Shown here one piece after another: positions 1 to 13,424 of a stretch of DNA of 62,680 nucleotides. Where the stretch lies: assembly GCF_001194135.2 (NCBI RefSeq), contig NC_068984.1, positions 668,356 through 731,035 of the forward strand, read 5' to 3'. The notes under the pieces were generated by a model, which saw nothing but the letters and a program-made list of their open reading frames with translations, was not told where the DNA came from and ran no database searches. Position numbers and translations under genes: made by a program. This DNA is from Octopus bimaculoides. Taxonomy: Eukaryota. Each line of letters opens with the position of its first letter. The stretch's first letter is position 1.

Positions 1-41
<41 letters not shown>
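1..41. repeat. (AT)n microsatellite, one of dozens of (AT)n/(GT)n/(GA)n/(TATG)n/(AAT)n arrays in the window
   Basis: Direct dinucleotide array. Similar arrays occur at e.g. 3480-3565, 6120-6770, 12766-12952, 14683-14890, 18120-18202, 39225-39460, 48385-48465, 51050-51146, 60430-60930. Confidence 0.95.
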
Positions 42-42
<1 letters not shown>

Positions 43-49
43 TTAACCT

Positions 50-155
50 CAAGTTATTTGTTACCCGGAGGCTGTAGTAGAAGTCTGATGCTCAAAGTGC
101 TACACAGGCGGATCAAACCCTGTACCAAGAGGTTCGTAATAGAACCGCGCAGCCA
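50..155 (-). mobile_element. Decayed head of tRNA-derived SINE family S1
   Basis: Diverged match to the S1 head at 25967-26120 and 34920-35032 (GAGGCTGTAGTAGAAG...CAGCCA...GCGC). Confidence 0.55.
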
Positions 156-1009
156 TGCACGCACCTAATAAAGCAATCAATTGTGACCGTTTTTGTTGCG
201 GAAGCATTAGAATATATCAAGTGATATTTGCCATAAGTTCGAACCCTATATTTTATTCACAGCTGCTAGGAGTGGTCTTGATTTCATTGGATAGGACTAC
301 ACACCAACCTAGATCATAGATAATTTATGTATTTGCTTTGGAATCCTACATTTTGCATTTAAAGCCTCCAGAATCGATTAAATAGTCATTGGTAACAGAC
401 TGGTGTCAATTTAATGGACTCCATTAACTAATGTTGTTTGGCAAGGAATAGATATTCCACTTCCTTGTCTCTCCTATCAATAACCACGAGGTACACAGCC
501 TGATGCTTCAAATAAAAAATCATTAGATGTACAGCTGTTGTGAGCGGTTTATCTACAAACGAACCTTATTTGCGAACCAACCAGGAAAGCTTCATTTATT
601 TTTTATTAAAATACTTTTGGGAATGATATAAATCGTGGATTCCTGCTCCTAAAATCTTGACGTTTTACACCAATAAATACAGTTTCTAACGTCGTAGTTG
701 TTTATGTTGAAGCAACAGAATTAGTAGTGGTGGCGGTTTTTAATTTCGTTTAACACAGGGTCAGTTCCCATCGAGTAAACCCAAGAACAAAGGCATTCCA
801 ACCATGTTCCTCATCATCATCGTTATTGTCAATCGCTGTATATTACTGTCTCGAGTCCTAGAACTAGTCAATCAGTTTCCATGGTGTATAAGTGAGACGC
901 CGGTTCATTGTATTTATATATTTTGTGTCACGTGAACGGAGATGCCTCCAGTTAATGGAGTTCTCTCTTGGTTACTGTATGCGGCAGACTTTCAGAGTGA
1001 GATGAACTG

Positions 1010-1110
1010 TTTTGCCCCTGTACAAAACTTATCACCCGGTCGGCGAATCGATACCAGGACCTTGCAATCGTCAGTGCAATACCTCAACCATACGTGCGCC
1101 TTCACATTGA
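1010..1110 (-). mobile_element. tRNA-derived SINE head remnant
   Basis: Minus strand reads GTGAAGGCGCACGTATGGTTGAGGTATTGCACT...GGTATCGATTCGCCGACCGGGTG, with A/B-box-like motifs similar to the head at 13720-13800. Confidence 0.5.
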
Positions 1111-1624
1111 TCAGAAGCGTTATGGTCCCATTTTTTGTACACTCGTAACAACCTTATTTAATGGGGCGTTCCTTTTCCCCCAAGGTATCGTATGATTTAT
1201 GAGGGATTTGGTTATCATTTCTGGGTGGTAGAGTGATTAGAGCTCACTTCTTGGCTAATTCCTATTGGTATTAAGTTATTTCCCTTCTTCAAATAGATAA
1301 TCCCTATCACTCAATTTTGTTCATATTCATATTCTGAAAGTAAGAAAAACATTGTTATTGATATCAAATAATTAAACGGGAGAATTGAGAGGATCACTCT
1401 TATAATAAGGATCATTGTTTCCCTTGGTTCCTAAATGCAGTAGACTTTGTAATAAACTAATTTTTCAGTGATAGGGACATATTTGCATTGAAAAAGAAAC
1501 GAAATTTTTTTTCTATAATTTCATTTTTATATTATCATTCTTCATGATATAATTGCTGTCGTTATTAAGGAATGGGGGCAGAAAACTGGCAGAGGTCGTA
1601 AACGAAAATGATTAGAGGAAGAAA

Positions 1625-1800
1625 TGGTTATGAACCATATCTTCCAGCTCTTTACGTTCTGGACTCAAATCTTGCCGAGGTCAACTTTGCCTTTCACCTT
1701 TTTGGTGTCGATAAAATAAAGTACGGGTCAATTATAGGGGTCGATATAATCGACTAACCCCACTCTTTAAATTTCTGGCCATGTGACAATATTTGAAGCT
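1625..1800 (+). mobile_element. SINE family S2 copy
   Basis: TTTACGTTCTGGACTCAAAT..GCCGAGGTCAACTTTGCCTTTCA...GTCGATAAAATAAAGTAC...GGGGTCGAT.TAATCGACT, collinear with the well-preserved copy at 60950-61155. Confidence 0.8.
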
Positions 1801-2039
1801 ATCATCATCATCATTATTATTACTATTAGTTTTTCTTCTTTCAATTTTGTATCCATTTCTTGCCGAGTGTCTTCCTGACAACGAGGGCAAAAAAGCAAAA
1901 AACTCTTTGTATACATTCGTAGGCCATTAAAATAAACATCAGATTGTTCATTTACAAAGTCAAGTTATGAGAAAGAAAAATGGAAATGGAAAAAAACTCC
2001 GGTTTTGTTGGAACTCCTGCAATCTTGCATGCGTAGCTG

Positions 2040-2170
2040 GCTTTCTGGCTACGGTACCATGCTATCTGTTCTTTTCAACTGTTTAATCATTTCCTGATGA
2101 TTCTGGCCGTACCAAGGACGCAAACCTTTTGCAATAACTTTGGGTATTCTATTCCCATTTCCTTTATATT
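2040..2170 (-). mobile_element. 3' remnant of an R4/Dong-like REL-endonuclease LINE
   Basis: Minus frame gives IKEMGIEYPKLLQKVCVLGTARIIRK*, matching the LQKxxLLGTARILRK C-terminus of this LINE group. Confidence 0.55.
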
Positions 2171-2819
2171 CCTCTTCTGATCGAGCACTCAATTGCTGTA
2201 CGTTTTGCCTCCCTTATCTTTTTTCTCTGCCCCTTACTGAGTATAAACAGTGTCCGTAGAACAAACGGACTTGTGCTATTCAAATACAGGGCACCTGATG
2301 GGCGAAAGACCTTCACCGTTGGTTCCAGCCCCATTAACACTATTATTCGATACACTTGTATTGCACATTTTCACTCAATACTGAGATTTATCTTTTAAGG
2401 TTAGCCACCAACCAGTATTTTTTTTATCAAGATACCATCTCCAGACGGATTGTATTATTATTATTATTATTGAGCGAGAGAGCTGTGCATGCCATCAAAA
2501 TCTAACGGCTGTTTTAAGTACGATGGAAAGCTGGTTAATCCCTGAGTGATGGTTGATCCTGTGAGACACAGTAATGCATACTCACAGATTTAGACTCAAG
2601 CACATACACACAGACAGACTTACACGCATGGATTTACACCTATTTATACCCTTATATACAGCAAGGAAATAGGAAAGTAAAAAGTATCATTTTATTGGAG
2701 GTGGAGAGGAAGAAGTGTGTGTGTGTGTGTGCGGTAGCAATTCCAGTTCTTAGCGATATTAAAGAATTAGCTTATGGCTGTATATGGATGGAATCAAGCA
2801 AGAATATAACGTTTGTGAC

Positions 2820-3060
2820 AAGGATGGAGACGACGGGGACGAGTATGATGATAGAGACGGTGGTGATGGCGATCGTGATGCTTTTGATGACAATAATGAC
2901 AACGATGCAGATGGTCAAGTTGACGATGACGATGATGATGATGATAAAGAGGATTATGATGAAGGTAATGATAATGATGATGACGGTGACGTTTGAGACG
3001 ATGGTTTGATAATGACCATGGTAGTGATGCTGGTGATGATGATACTAGTGATGATGAGGT
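2820..3060 (+). repeat. Degenerate (GAT/GAC)n trinucleotide low-complexity tract
   Basis: Direct sequence; it generates the Asp-, Met- and His-rich pseudo-ORFs at 2695-3197. Confidence 0.8.
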
Positions 3061-3503
3061 GTCAAGACCAAGGCAACAAATGTTTGTGTCTGCGTGTGTG
3101 TGTGTGTGTGCGCGCGCGCGCTTTAGAAAATTGGGCTGATGTATCAGACATAATTCAAGATGATGACACATTGATGGGAACCACACAAAACTATTAGTTA
3201 CTCGAGTGATATTACATTACCTGCCTGATATCCTACAATAATAAAAGTAAAGCTGTCGTAATTACTGACAAAAGTGTGATAATCTGTCTAAAAGCTGCAC
3301 GAATGTGATACGTTGATTATCTGCTATAGCGATATCGGTTATCAGCGATGTTGTGTAGTGATTATTGTCTGACGTCTAACAAATCAATAAAGCATAAAAA
3401 AAAATATAGTTCTTACTGCTACTTGTTAGGTTACACCAGACCGAGCTGATTGTTAAATTAGAACTGTGTTCATATACATATGTGTGTGTGTATACACACG
3501 TAC

Positions 3504-3555
<52 letters not shown>

Positions 3556-3579
3556 GTATATATAAAATTAACACAATGA

Positions 3580-3870
3580 AATAAAAATCCAAGGCTGTGA
3601 AAGATTTCAGAACATTTATAAAGAGGTCTTACAGCTGTTTGTGAGATATTTTATATATCCCTTCATCGGAGACGGTGTGAGAAAATGGTTAAGCAATAGC
3701 TATTCTAGAGAAGACATGAAATAGAGAGTGAAGTGGAGGAATGAAAACAGACGTGAGATATGCAGGCGATATTGTATCTGCAGTTCCATTATTTAAGCAG
3801 AATGGTATACATATAAGATTCCTGTACCTTGTGTGTAAGTCCCAATAGTATTTAAAATTGGTCATTCCGA
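3580..3870 (-). mobile_element. Decayed PLE 3' end
   Basis: Carries the same terminal HHR motif as the PLE at 40207-41590, plus weak similarity to the PLE endonuclease C-terminus around 3760-3870. Confidence 0.5.
3626..3673 (-). ncRNA. Degenerate minimal type I hammerhead ribozyme (family A)
   Basis: Minus strand: GTCT-CCGATGA-AGGGATAT-ATAAA-ATATCTCA-CAAA-CAGCTG-TA-AGAC. Helix I GTCT/AGAC and palindromic helix III ACAGCTGT are present; the core is mutated (U4C, G12C). Confidence 0.6.
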
Positions 3871-3927
3871 GCATAGAGTTTGTAAACGGTGTTATTGAAT
3901 CGAGGGTTATATATATANNNNNNNNNN

Positions 3928-4876
3928 ATTGATCATCCCATTAATAGTGCGGGTTTTTTATACTTTTATTTTTCAAAATTAAGATAAAGTTCATTTTTAA
4001 TCTAAAATATACCCTCCTTCATTTTCTACAGTGCTCTTCCATCTATCTGGTAGGCTTGCAAGGACCCTTTTCCAAAATTCATTTGTCTGTGACAAAAAAT
4101 ACTCTTCCAGTACTGTTCTGACCTTGTCTACAGAATTTATATTTTTTCCGTCGAAATAATTTTGAGGACTGCTGAATAAATGATAATCAGATGGAGCAAT
4201 GCCAGGCGAATATGGTGGGTGGCGCATCGTTTCCCATTCAAACTGCTGCATTCAAAGCGCTGACTTAAGCCGCTCAAGCTGTTCGCAAAAGATCTCCTTT
4301 ATCATCATTTGGCTTCGGTTTAAAAGTTCAAAGTGGACGAAACTTTTCATATACAACCAAACAGATAACAGCACCTTGCGTGGGTGAAGACCTTCTTTAG
4401 CTTGGGCTGCCGAAGTTTCTTCTTTTCCTACCCACTGTCTTTGTCACTTGACATTTTTATAAGGAACCTATTTCTCGTCACCAGTCACTATTCGGTCCAA
4501 AAAAGGTTCATTGGTGAGACGTGACAGCGAAGAGGAGAACACATTCACTCTCTGCAATCGGAAATTTAGTGAGGTACCCATTGACCCAATTTGCTGACTT
4601 TTCCGATGGCACACAGGTGTCAATGAATGGTCGAATGACCAAATCCAAGCTTCTGTTTGTTCCTCAACAGTTACGATGGGATTTTGTTCCACCAGGGTTT
4701 GGAGGACGTTCTCGTCGTCGATCTCTACAGATCTTCCAGAATGAGATTCGTCTTCTAAACTGTAGTTTCTGGCTCGGAATTTCTGGAACCACCACTGACA
4801 CTGGCTGACGCTTATTGTCCAATCCCCATACACTGCATTAATATTCCTCGCACTTTCCATTTCGCTGTTGCTTTTA
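3928..4876 (-). mobile_element. Mariner (Tc1/mariner) transposon, defective; 5' end lost in N gap
   Basis: Minus frames give ARNINAVYG..WFQKF..LEDE..SGR, FLDRIVTGDEK, HPRKVLLSVW and HPPYSPGIAPSDYHLF..LPDRW..GGYILD. A TIR-like TTGATCATCCCATTAATAGTGCGGGTTTTT lies at about 3929-3958 next to (TA)n. An in-phase-looking deletion near 4250 removes the HDNA region carrying the second catalytic Asp. Confidence 0.9.
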
Positions 4877-5599
4877 NNNNNNNNNNNNNNNNNNNNNNNN
4901 NNNNNNNNNNNNNNNNNNNNNNNNNNNNNNNNNNNNNNNNNNNNNNNNNNNNNNNNNNNNNNNNNNNNNNNNNNNNNNNNNNNNNNNNNNNNNNNNNNNN
5001 NNNNNNNNNNNNNNNNNNNNNNNNNNNNNNNNNNNNNNNNNNNNNNNNNNNNNNNNNNNNNNNNNNNNNNNNNNNNNNNNNNNNNNNNNNNNNNNNNNNN
5101 NNNNNNNNNNNNNNNNNNNNNNNNNNNNNNNNNNNNNNNNNNNNNNNNNNNNNNNNNNNNNNNNNNNNNNNNNNNNNNNNNNNNNNNNNNNNNNNNNNNN
5201 NNNNNNNNNNNNNNNNNNNNNNNNNNNNNNNNNNNNNNNNNNNNNNNNNNNNNNNNNNNNNNNNNNNNNNNNNNNNNNNNNNNNNNNNNNNNNNNNNNNN
5301 NNNNNNNNNNNNNNNNNNNNNNNNNNNNNNNNNNNNNNNNNNNNNNNNNNNNNNNNNNNNNNNNNNNNNNNNNNNNNNNNNNNNNNNNNNNNNNNNNNNN
5401 NNNNNNNNNNNNNNNNNNNNNNNNNNNNNNNNNNNNNNNNNNNNNNNNNNNNNNNNNNNNNNNNNNNNNNNNNNNNNNNNNNNNNNNNNNNNNNNNNNNN
5501 NNNNNNNNNNNNNNNNNNNNNNNNNNNNNNNNNNNNNNNNNNNNNNNNNNNNNNNNNNNNNNNNNNNNNNNNNNNNNNNNNNNNNNNNNNNNNNNNNNN
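4877..5599. other. Assembly gap
   Basis: N run. Other large gaps are at 6770-7048, 35252-35632 and 39893-40206, with several short ones. Confidence 1.
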
Positions 5600-6113
5600 A
5601 TATAACGGTGTGATTTACAAACAGACTTCCGGCCTACCTACGGGATCAGAAGAGATCAGTTTCATAAAGTTTACCACTTCCAGGAAGGTTGGTTCCGGTA
5701 TTTCAGTGTGCTGGGAACAGACATTATGACGTCATCATTAGTGACGGGGGTGGAGTTCAACATGTTGCATGCGTGTGACAGAGTGTCTGTGTAAAATGTG
5801 TGATATATAAATATGATATTTATATTAATATCGCATTTATATTCAATTATCACATACACCCTGGGATGATCTCGTATCAGAAAACAACTTCTCGTGAATT
5901 ATAGATTCCATGTATGCGTGGATATGATTGTGTACATAAGTGTATTTGTGTGAATATCAGTGCATATTAGTATATGAAGAAAAGTTTCGCTTTCTAGAAT
6001 GTTTCCTCTAGAAAAAATTCCATGAAAAATTCCTGTATACAAATATAGATATGCAAGTCAGATATTGGTGAACTCTTATCGTTTTATGGGCGTGCATATC
6101 ATATGAGCAGTGT

Positions 6114-6155
<42 letters not shown>

Positions 6156-6230
6156 TATAGATAGATAGATAGATAGATAGATATAGGCGTGTATACTTCC
6201 ACACATACATACACACACACGTTCCACTAG

Positions 6231-6274
<44 letters not shown>

Positions 6275-6500
6275 ACATGAATAGTGCACAAGAAATTATC
6301 GACAGCTCCTCCTGTATGGTTTCGTTCCAAACCCAAATAAGAATATAAAATGAAACAATAAATAAATACCTATGCATATAAATACACATTTACGTCTGCA
6401 GTAAACAAATTTAGAACTATAAAACCAGCTGGGTGCTTAATCATGCGGCACACGTGTGTTATATGTGTATGTGTGTGTGTATATATAAATATATATATAT

Positions 6501-6557
<57 letters not shown>

Positions 6558-6576
6558 TATATACACACACACACAC

Positions 6577-6623
<47 letters not shown>

Positions 6624-7289
6624 CACATATATATATATATATACATACACACACACATACATACTCGAATGTCTGCGTAACCTGGCGTTACAAGCAGAGT
6701 TGGTACAGTAACAACTGTAACGAATTATTGTCTTATTATTTGGTGTATATATATATATATATATATATANNNNNNNNNNNNNNNNNNNNNNNNNNNNNNN
6801 NNNNNNNNNNNNNNNNNNNNNNNNNNNNNNNNNNNNNNNNNNNNNNNNNNNNNNNNNNNNNNNNNNNNNNNNNNNNNNNNNNNNNNNNNNNNNNNNNNNN
6901 NNNNNNNNNNNNNNNNNNNNNNNNNNNNNNNNNNNNNNNNNNNNNNNNNNNNNNNNNNNNNNNNNNNNNNNNNNNNNNNNNNNNNNNNNNNNNNNNNNNN
7001 NNNNNNNNNNNNNNNNNNNNNNNNNNNNNNNNNNNNNNNNNNNNNNNNATAATAAAGCATATTACTCTACCTCCGTATTCGAGTACTATCTTTTCTCACC
7101 TTGTTTCACGTTTATGTGCTTACTCTGGTTTATATATATATATACACATATATATATATATATTCGCAAACACACACACATATCACATATATATATACAT
7201 CCACACAACGAATATCTGTTTGTATGTCTGTCACTCTTTCGTTTTGTTTTTTAACAGAGGAGTTATTCATGGATATTTCAAGTTTCACG

Positions 7290-8075
7290 TTCGGATTGTT
7301 CGAAACAGGATCTCAAATCACTCTTCCTCAAAAGCAAGTTTGGATAAGGCAGCTCCTTACCACAGTAACACCCCCACCGACAGTACTTTAAAAGGCGATA
7401 TAGTGTACCCTCTGACCTAAACGAGAACCAAGCTTTAAAATAGATTTAGTAAAGTTATATGGTTCACCTCCACCCCACTGCGTCCTTGAAATTTTGGTAA
7501 AGAATTCCTAGTCTTGATAGAGAAACATTTTCTGGATAGGCATAGATGTAAGTAATATTCAGTTGATACTCCGTGAAAGCTTCTCACAATTGTTAGCCTA
7601 ATTTGCAAAGCATCATCTCACGTAAGTCAACTCCAAAGTCTGCTTTGGACTGAAACAGCAGCGACGACGTGACTTGCTAAGTAGAATAAGCATGCATGGT
7701 TAGCGCAATCATCTACAAAGCCAGAGTCACTTCTGATCCGCCGAATAAAGGAACCGAAAGCAAAAATATGTTGGTCTGTGGGGGAAAGTGACTTCAAAAA
7801 CAGATACACCAGCCACCAGCGTTATTTCAAACACTTAGACAAATAGAAAAGCACAAAGCTAGCAAGTTATATATGTAACTTGAAGGACTGCAATATGCCA
7901 TACATTAATAGGTAGAAAATTGTTGAGAAAACAAGGTTTTCCATTAATGGGTCATAAAAGTGTGTGCTCTCTATAGTAGAAAGAATAGAAATTGAAGAAG
8001 TGCACTGACCTTCTAATCTCGGGATCAGAGATGTTAACAGAATGTATGCATCTCCACCAGTTTCTGTTATCGAAC
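7290..8075 (+). mobile_element. PLE fragment: RT thumb/linker plus GIY-YIG endonuclease, frameshifted
   Basis: Translated pieces: RISNHSSSKASLDKAAPY; KVIWFT; NFGKEFLVLIEKHF; IIYKARVTS; YVGL..SDFKNRYTSHQRYFKH..KSTKLASYI; SEMLTECMHLHQFLLSN. Confidence 0.8.
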
Positions 8076-10259
8076 TGAAAGCCCTAATTTCCCCGGATTA
8101 GACAGCTTAACGTTTCCCTTTCCCCATTTTGTTACCGCCACTTGGCATCTTTTTTTGAGATTCAATCATCAATATTAATAATATTCTGCATTTACAGGGT
8201 AAAGAAAAGTAACATTTATCTCCCTTTCCCGTGAAACGTTTCTTAACGTTTTTGTTCTCGTTGTACCTGACGGTTTATACATATCAATGGAGCCTGAATG
8301 CTTGCCGGATCGCCGACTATGCAAGCCCGCACGCTTACTGCACAATCCGAGCATGGAACCTGCAGTCTATCGCGTATAATCAAAATTCTTAAGCGTTCGG
8401 GCTCTCGAGCAGCACTTCATCCCTCATAAAAACACTACACATATAACAACCCCACACATATTGAAACCTTACATGAGTGCATTCACCAATCCTTACGCAC
8501 ATTTTCAGAGAACTTTTATAGGCTTACAGCATCTCAGAGAGCTTTAAAGCCAATGAAGATAACTCTTGATAAAACTCTTGTTCCGTTCGTTTTCTCTTTT
8601 TTCACAGCAACCAAAAGCCAGATGCGGTCTTTTTACCTCCAGCAACAAAGAGCAGGTACATTACTTTTTGTCCCGTATCTGCTCGCTCTGATGAACACAT
8701 ATTATATAACCGAGCTGTTATCTAACACCCGGTTTAACACGCAGTGCAAAGCTGATTGGTAAAGTTGGCCTTAATTGATATATAATACTAAACACTGATT
8801 AATACACCCATTCTATTGACAAATATGGGTACATATTTCAATAACTTATGGATTCTTGAACGACTACACACACACATGTATATATATATATATATATGAA
8901 GAGAGAGAGAGAGGTAGAGAGATAGAGGTAGAGAGAGAGAGTGTCTACACATAGTTATGTTTGTACACAAATTAAAGTATGTTTGTCAATCAGATTCCCT
9001 CTCCCTCTCTCTCTCTCTCTCTAAATTTATCTGCCTGCCTGTCTGTCTGTTTATCTTTTTAGGCACCCTGTTATCCCATTCTCCCTCTCCCACCTCTCTT
9101 TCTGTTTGTCTGTTTATTTGTCTGTCTCTCCCTCACTGCATGACGTACACTGTTTTATATTTACTGTTTGTTTTTGACATTAAAAACAAAAGCAAAAAGC
9201 ATACGATTAAACCCCGCATCAAACATCAAACGTCTTGAACGATGGAGATTTCAGTGAATTTCCACTTAAATCAGTGGATCTTTAATCATAGTTGGCAACA
9301 ACATCGTTGAAAGTAGCAGCTAGGCTAAGTAGACAACATAGCATCTACTTCACTCGCGATTTACCATTCCCTCAACATGAAACTGGATAAGAAACAAAGT
9401 CATTAACTAACATTCAAAATCTATTTAGGTAAAATAATGGAAGCAACAACAACAATAACAAAATTGATTTACACTTGCCGCCATCTCACATGAAATAAGA
9501 TACGTTTTAGATGTATGACAGTAGCAACAGCATCATTCTCAAATACCTAAATATATGAACGTAATACAAACGGCGTTTTGAAAACAATCACGGCATATAA
9601 ATATTTGCTTGTCGATAAGAATATATTACGAGTTCGCTATTAATCATGTGGAACACTGAAGAAGGAGAAATTAACACATCTTTCTCTAAACGTGTGGGAT
9701 ATCGTCTGGGAATGGCTATTCTGTCGTATTTGATATAAATACTGGAGATTTGATCGAAATCTCCAGCGAGTAAACTTGGGATCTCTTGATAATGTAACCT
9801 TCATTTGACTAAGGTTACCCATCGTTGAGTAAGTATTATTTCTGAGGTTCTGCTAGCTAGGAAACATGTGTAGCCTAGATGTTTCCTGATCTATTCCTTC
9901 AATTTGAATTTTTATTCGCATACATAGCAACCCTAGTTGCTAACCGTGAACTTCAAAATAACTTTTTTCAGCTTATTGAGCTTCGATATAGGAAAAATTT
10001 ACAACCTTCTACGCCAATAAACCACTATCGTCCCCGGAAGATGTTTTTTTTTATACCTTCTACGGACTGCTCGAAGCTTACTAACTTCCTACACCTTGAT
10101 CCTTGGATCTTGCATTTACATATTAGTGTGTGTGTGTGCGTGTGCGCGCGCTTATATCTATTTATATATGTACATGTATAACTTTTAAGTAATATGGAAT
10201 CTTATGCAACACTGAAATATGAAAAGAAATCTACTTTGCGTTAAGATCTGAGTCGCATA

Positions 10260-12722
10260 GCAAGCTTGTCCAGAGGGCAATGGGAATATGCTAAAAGGTG
10301 CAAGGGCATGTCTTGACGCAAAATACCAAATAGAAGAGAAAGGGTTCAAAACTTATCGAAATCCTAAAACAACGTGTGAAGACAAAAACATTAAAGGTGC
10401 AACACTATACTGATCGCTGAAAACAGGTTATTCTCAAATAACCAGAGGCAGTTTTTTAAAGAGATTAGGAGGAGATACAGAAGCAGAGGAAACCTGCCAA
10501 TTTTGGAATAACATTTGGAGCAAAGAATTTTCCCACAACCACAATGCTGAGTGGATTCATTCCATGAGATCTGAACCCCACCTGGAGGCTCCACGACGGG
10601 ACCATGTGCACATAACAACGGATACATAGGTATCAAAAGTGCCAAACTGGAAAGCGGCAGGACCAGACCGGATTCAAGGCTACTGACTCAAATAGTTTAG
10701 TTCCACACACAAGCGAATTGCGTTGCAATTATAAGAATTCCCTACTGAGTGGTGCAGACCTGGAATGGATTGTAGAGAGAAAGACAATATTGTTGATGAA
10801 AGATTGGTCAAATAGCAATGAGGTTGGTAATTACAAACCCATTGCTTGTTTTAACCTTTTGTAGAAAGTGTTAACAGGCATTTTGGCAGGAAAAATGTAT
10901 ACGTTCCTTGCGGAAAACAATCTACTTTCAGTAGAACAAAAGGGATGCCGAAAAGGATCCAAGTGCACCAAGGACCACCTTGTGACAGAAAAGTTGTAAT
11001 GAAAAATTGCAAACGGTACCAAGAAAAAAAACAACAACTTGTGCATGGCCTGGATTGACTTTAAAAATGAATACGACATGTTGCTGCATTGGTGGATTTT
11101 GGAAACACCCGACATGTGTCAAAAAGCTGAGAATGTGTGTGCACTGATTAAGAACAGCATGTCTAGTTGGAAAAGAGGCCGAGGTAACAATGAAAAGCGA
11201 TATCTTCCAGAGAGACTCTTGTTCACCTTTGTTATTTGCTGTAGCCTTGATCCTATTTTCTGTAACTCTGCACAACGTCAACGCACATTATAAATGGAGA
11301 AAGAACGGACCTCGTCTCAACCACCTTCTCTTCATGGATGAGTTGAAACTGTTCGCAAAAACAGGGCCTGAAATGGAGAAGCGTCTTGAGACTGTACAGA
11401 TGTGCAGCAAGGATATAGGGATGGAATTCGTTATCTCAAAATGTGCGGTGCTCACTTTGAAACGGGGGATAGAATTTTCAAACAAGGGGCAAAGAATTGT
11501 CAAACGAAGAGAGAATGGAAGACTCGGATGATGATGGGTACAAGTACTTTGGGATCATGGAACTGGACAATATCTTGCACAGAGAAATGAAAGACAAGGC
11601 CATCACTACATATTTGAAGCACCTGAAACTTCTCTTGAAATCAAAACTTAACTCAAGGAACCTTATGACTGCCATAAACATGGGTTGTTGCTGTAGTCCG
11701 CTACAGAGAACTCATCCTGAAATGGACACAAGCTGAGATTAACCAAGTCGATCGCACTACCCGAAAGTGCAATGACAATGCATTGTGCCCACTCGCCTAA
11801 AGAGAGTTAAAGGTGGACGTGGGCTGATTAGCGTACGGGAGTGCATCAACAGTGAAAGAAGAAACATGGCAGAATATTTGGTGAATATATCAACAAGACC
11901 TGCTACAGTATGCTGCTCGTGTAGAAGGAATGACCAAAAGTGGACTTGAGAGTGCTCATGAATTCCGAACACGAACAGCCAACGTGAAGAAATCCTTCTC
12001 TGCAATGAATTACATGATCAGTTCCACCATGAAACTAACAAATTAAAAGATCAGGAAGCATCATGGAAGTGGCTCAGCAAGAGTGAGCTAAAAAAGATAC
12101 TGAAAGCCTAATCAACGCTGCCCAGGATCAGGCATTGAATACCAACTCACTGAAAAGAGATATATGCCACTCAATTGCAATGTATGGGAACAGGGTCGAA
12201 AGCGTGATTCACATTGTTAGTGCTAAAGAGTACAAGCGCAAACACGACAAGGAACCCCCCCCCCCAAAAAAAAATTTTCACTGACTACTCTGCCGAAAGT
12301 ATGGGAACGAGGTGACGGATTCTTAGTACCAACATACACCGGAAAAGGTAATGGACGAAAAGAGGGAAGGAAAAAATCCTCTGGGACTTTGACTTCCAGG
12401 CAGACAAGGCCGGATATAGTTACCTTTAAGAGGGACAAACATGAGTGCCTAATAATTGACGCGCGAGTGTCTGGCGATTAACATATGAAAGAAAGAGAAA
12501 AGATTGATAAATATGGAGACCTGAGATCGCTGTGATGTGGCAGCTTGGAGAGTCAAACATAAAAGTTGTCCCTTTTGTCATCGGAGCATTGGGTTCAATA
12601 CCACCCAATCTGAAAAGACATCTGGAAACTTTAGAAATACTCAACAATCTAGATGTGTTGCAAAAGTTGGCATAACTTGGAACTGCGTAAAGTGCTGTCT
12701 ATCTGAGGTCCTTATGAGGTCT
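10260..12722 (+). mobile_element. R4/Dong-like non-LTR retrotransposon (RT plus REL endonuclease), 5'-truncated and decayed
   Basis: Motifs in order: NRLFSNNQRQFFKEI; KVPNWKAAGPDRIQGY; NYKPIACF; EQKGCRKGS; AWIDFKNEYD; IFQRDSCSPLLF; HLLFMDELKLF; YKYFG; DQALNT; KILWDF; RPDIV; IID; EKIDKYGDL; VIGALGS; LQK..LGTA. Confidence 0.92.
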
Positions 12723-12762
12723 GTGTGCGTGGTTATATGTGTATGCATATATATATACATAC

Positions 12763-12801
<39 letters not shown>

Positions 12802-12816
12802 GAGAGAGAAAAAGAA

Positions 12817-12849
<33 letters not shown>

Positions 12850-12913
12850 AAGAGAAAAAGACAAAGAGAGAGAGAAAGAGAGAGAGAGAAAAAGAGAGAA
12901 AGAGAAAGAGAGA

Positions 12914-12957
<44 letters not shown>

Positions 12958-13424
12958 TAGTGGAAAGTCAAATCTCAGCTGGCAGAATCATTGGGAGCCC
13001 ATCCACAACGGATATTCAGACACTTGCTATTCTGTGAAAAACATTAGCTTGTGTCTGTAATACACTTATTCCGTTCTTCGCTAGCCACTTCATCTAATGC
13101 TAGTTATCATGGTAAGATATATTTCATTAATATGTGAGGTAACAACACTGTATAATCCCACATTATTTCCTCTCTTTCAACTCTTCAACCAACCACAGTT
13201 CAGTCTACGATGCTAGACATGGCAACCTGCGATCACCTATCAGGGAGATCCAAGCACCTTACATGACCAAGACAATATCACAGAAGCGAGAGAATATTTT
13301 AATCCAGATCTTTTACTTATCTTCTATAAACTCATACATCTGGAATCGTATCCACCACACTCACAGATAAATATTTTTGAAATCTGATGCCGACCTTCTG
13401 TATAAACCATTATGCGGCACTCCG

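Noticed and set aside
2695-3197. Asp-rich, Met-rich and His-rich ORFs
   Set aside because: All frames are readings of a decayed (GAT)n tract; no domain or splice support.
5640-5695. Minus strand GAAACTGATC preceded by CTGGAAG as a decayed HHR
   Set aside because: Too many core changes to support.
4868-7420. Long ORFs of 245 and 325 aa (also 34950-35820 and many YI/CV/HT/RE-rich ORFs)
   Set aside because: They are produced by N gaps and dinucleotide repeats that lack stop codons.
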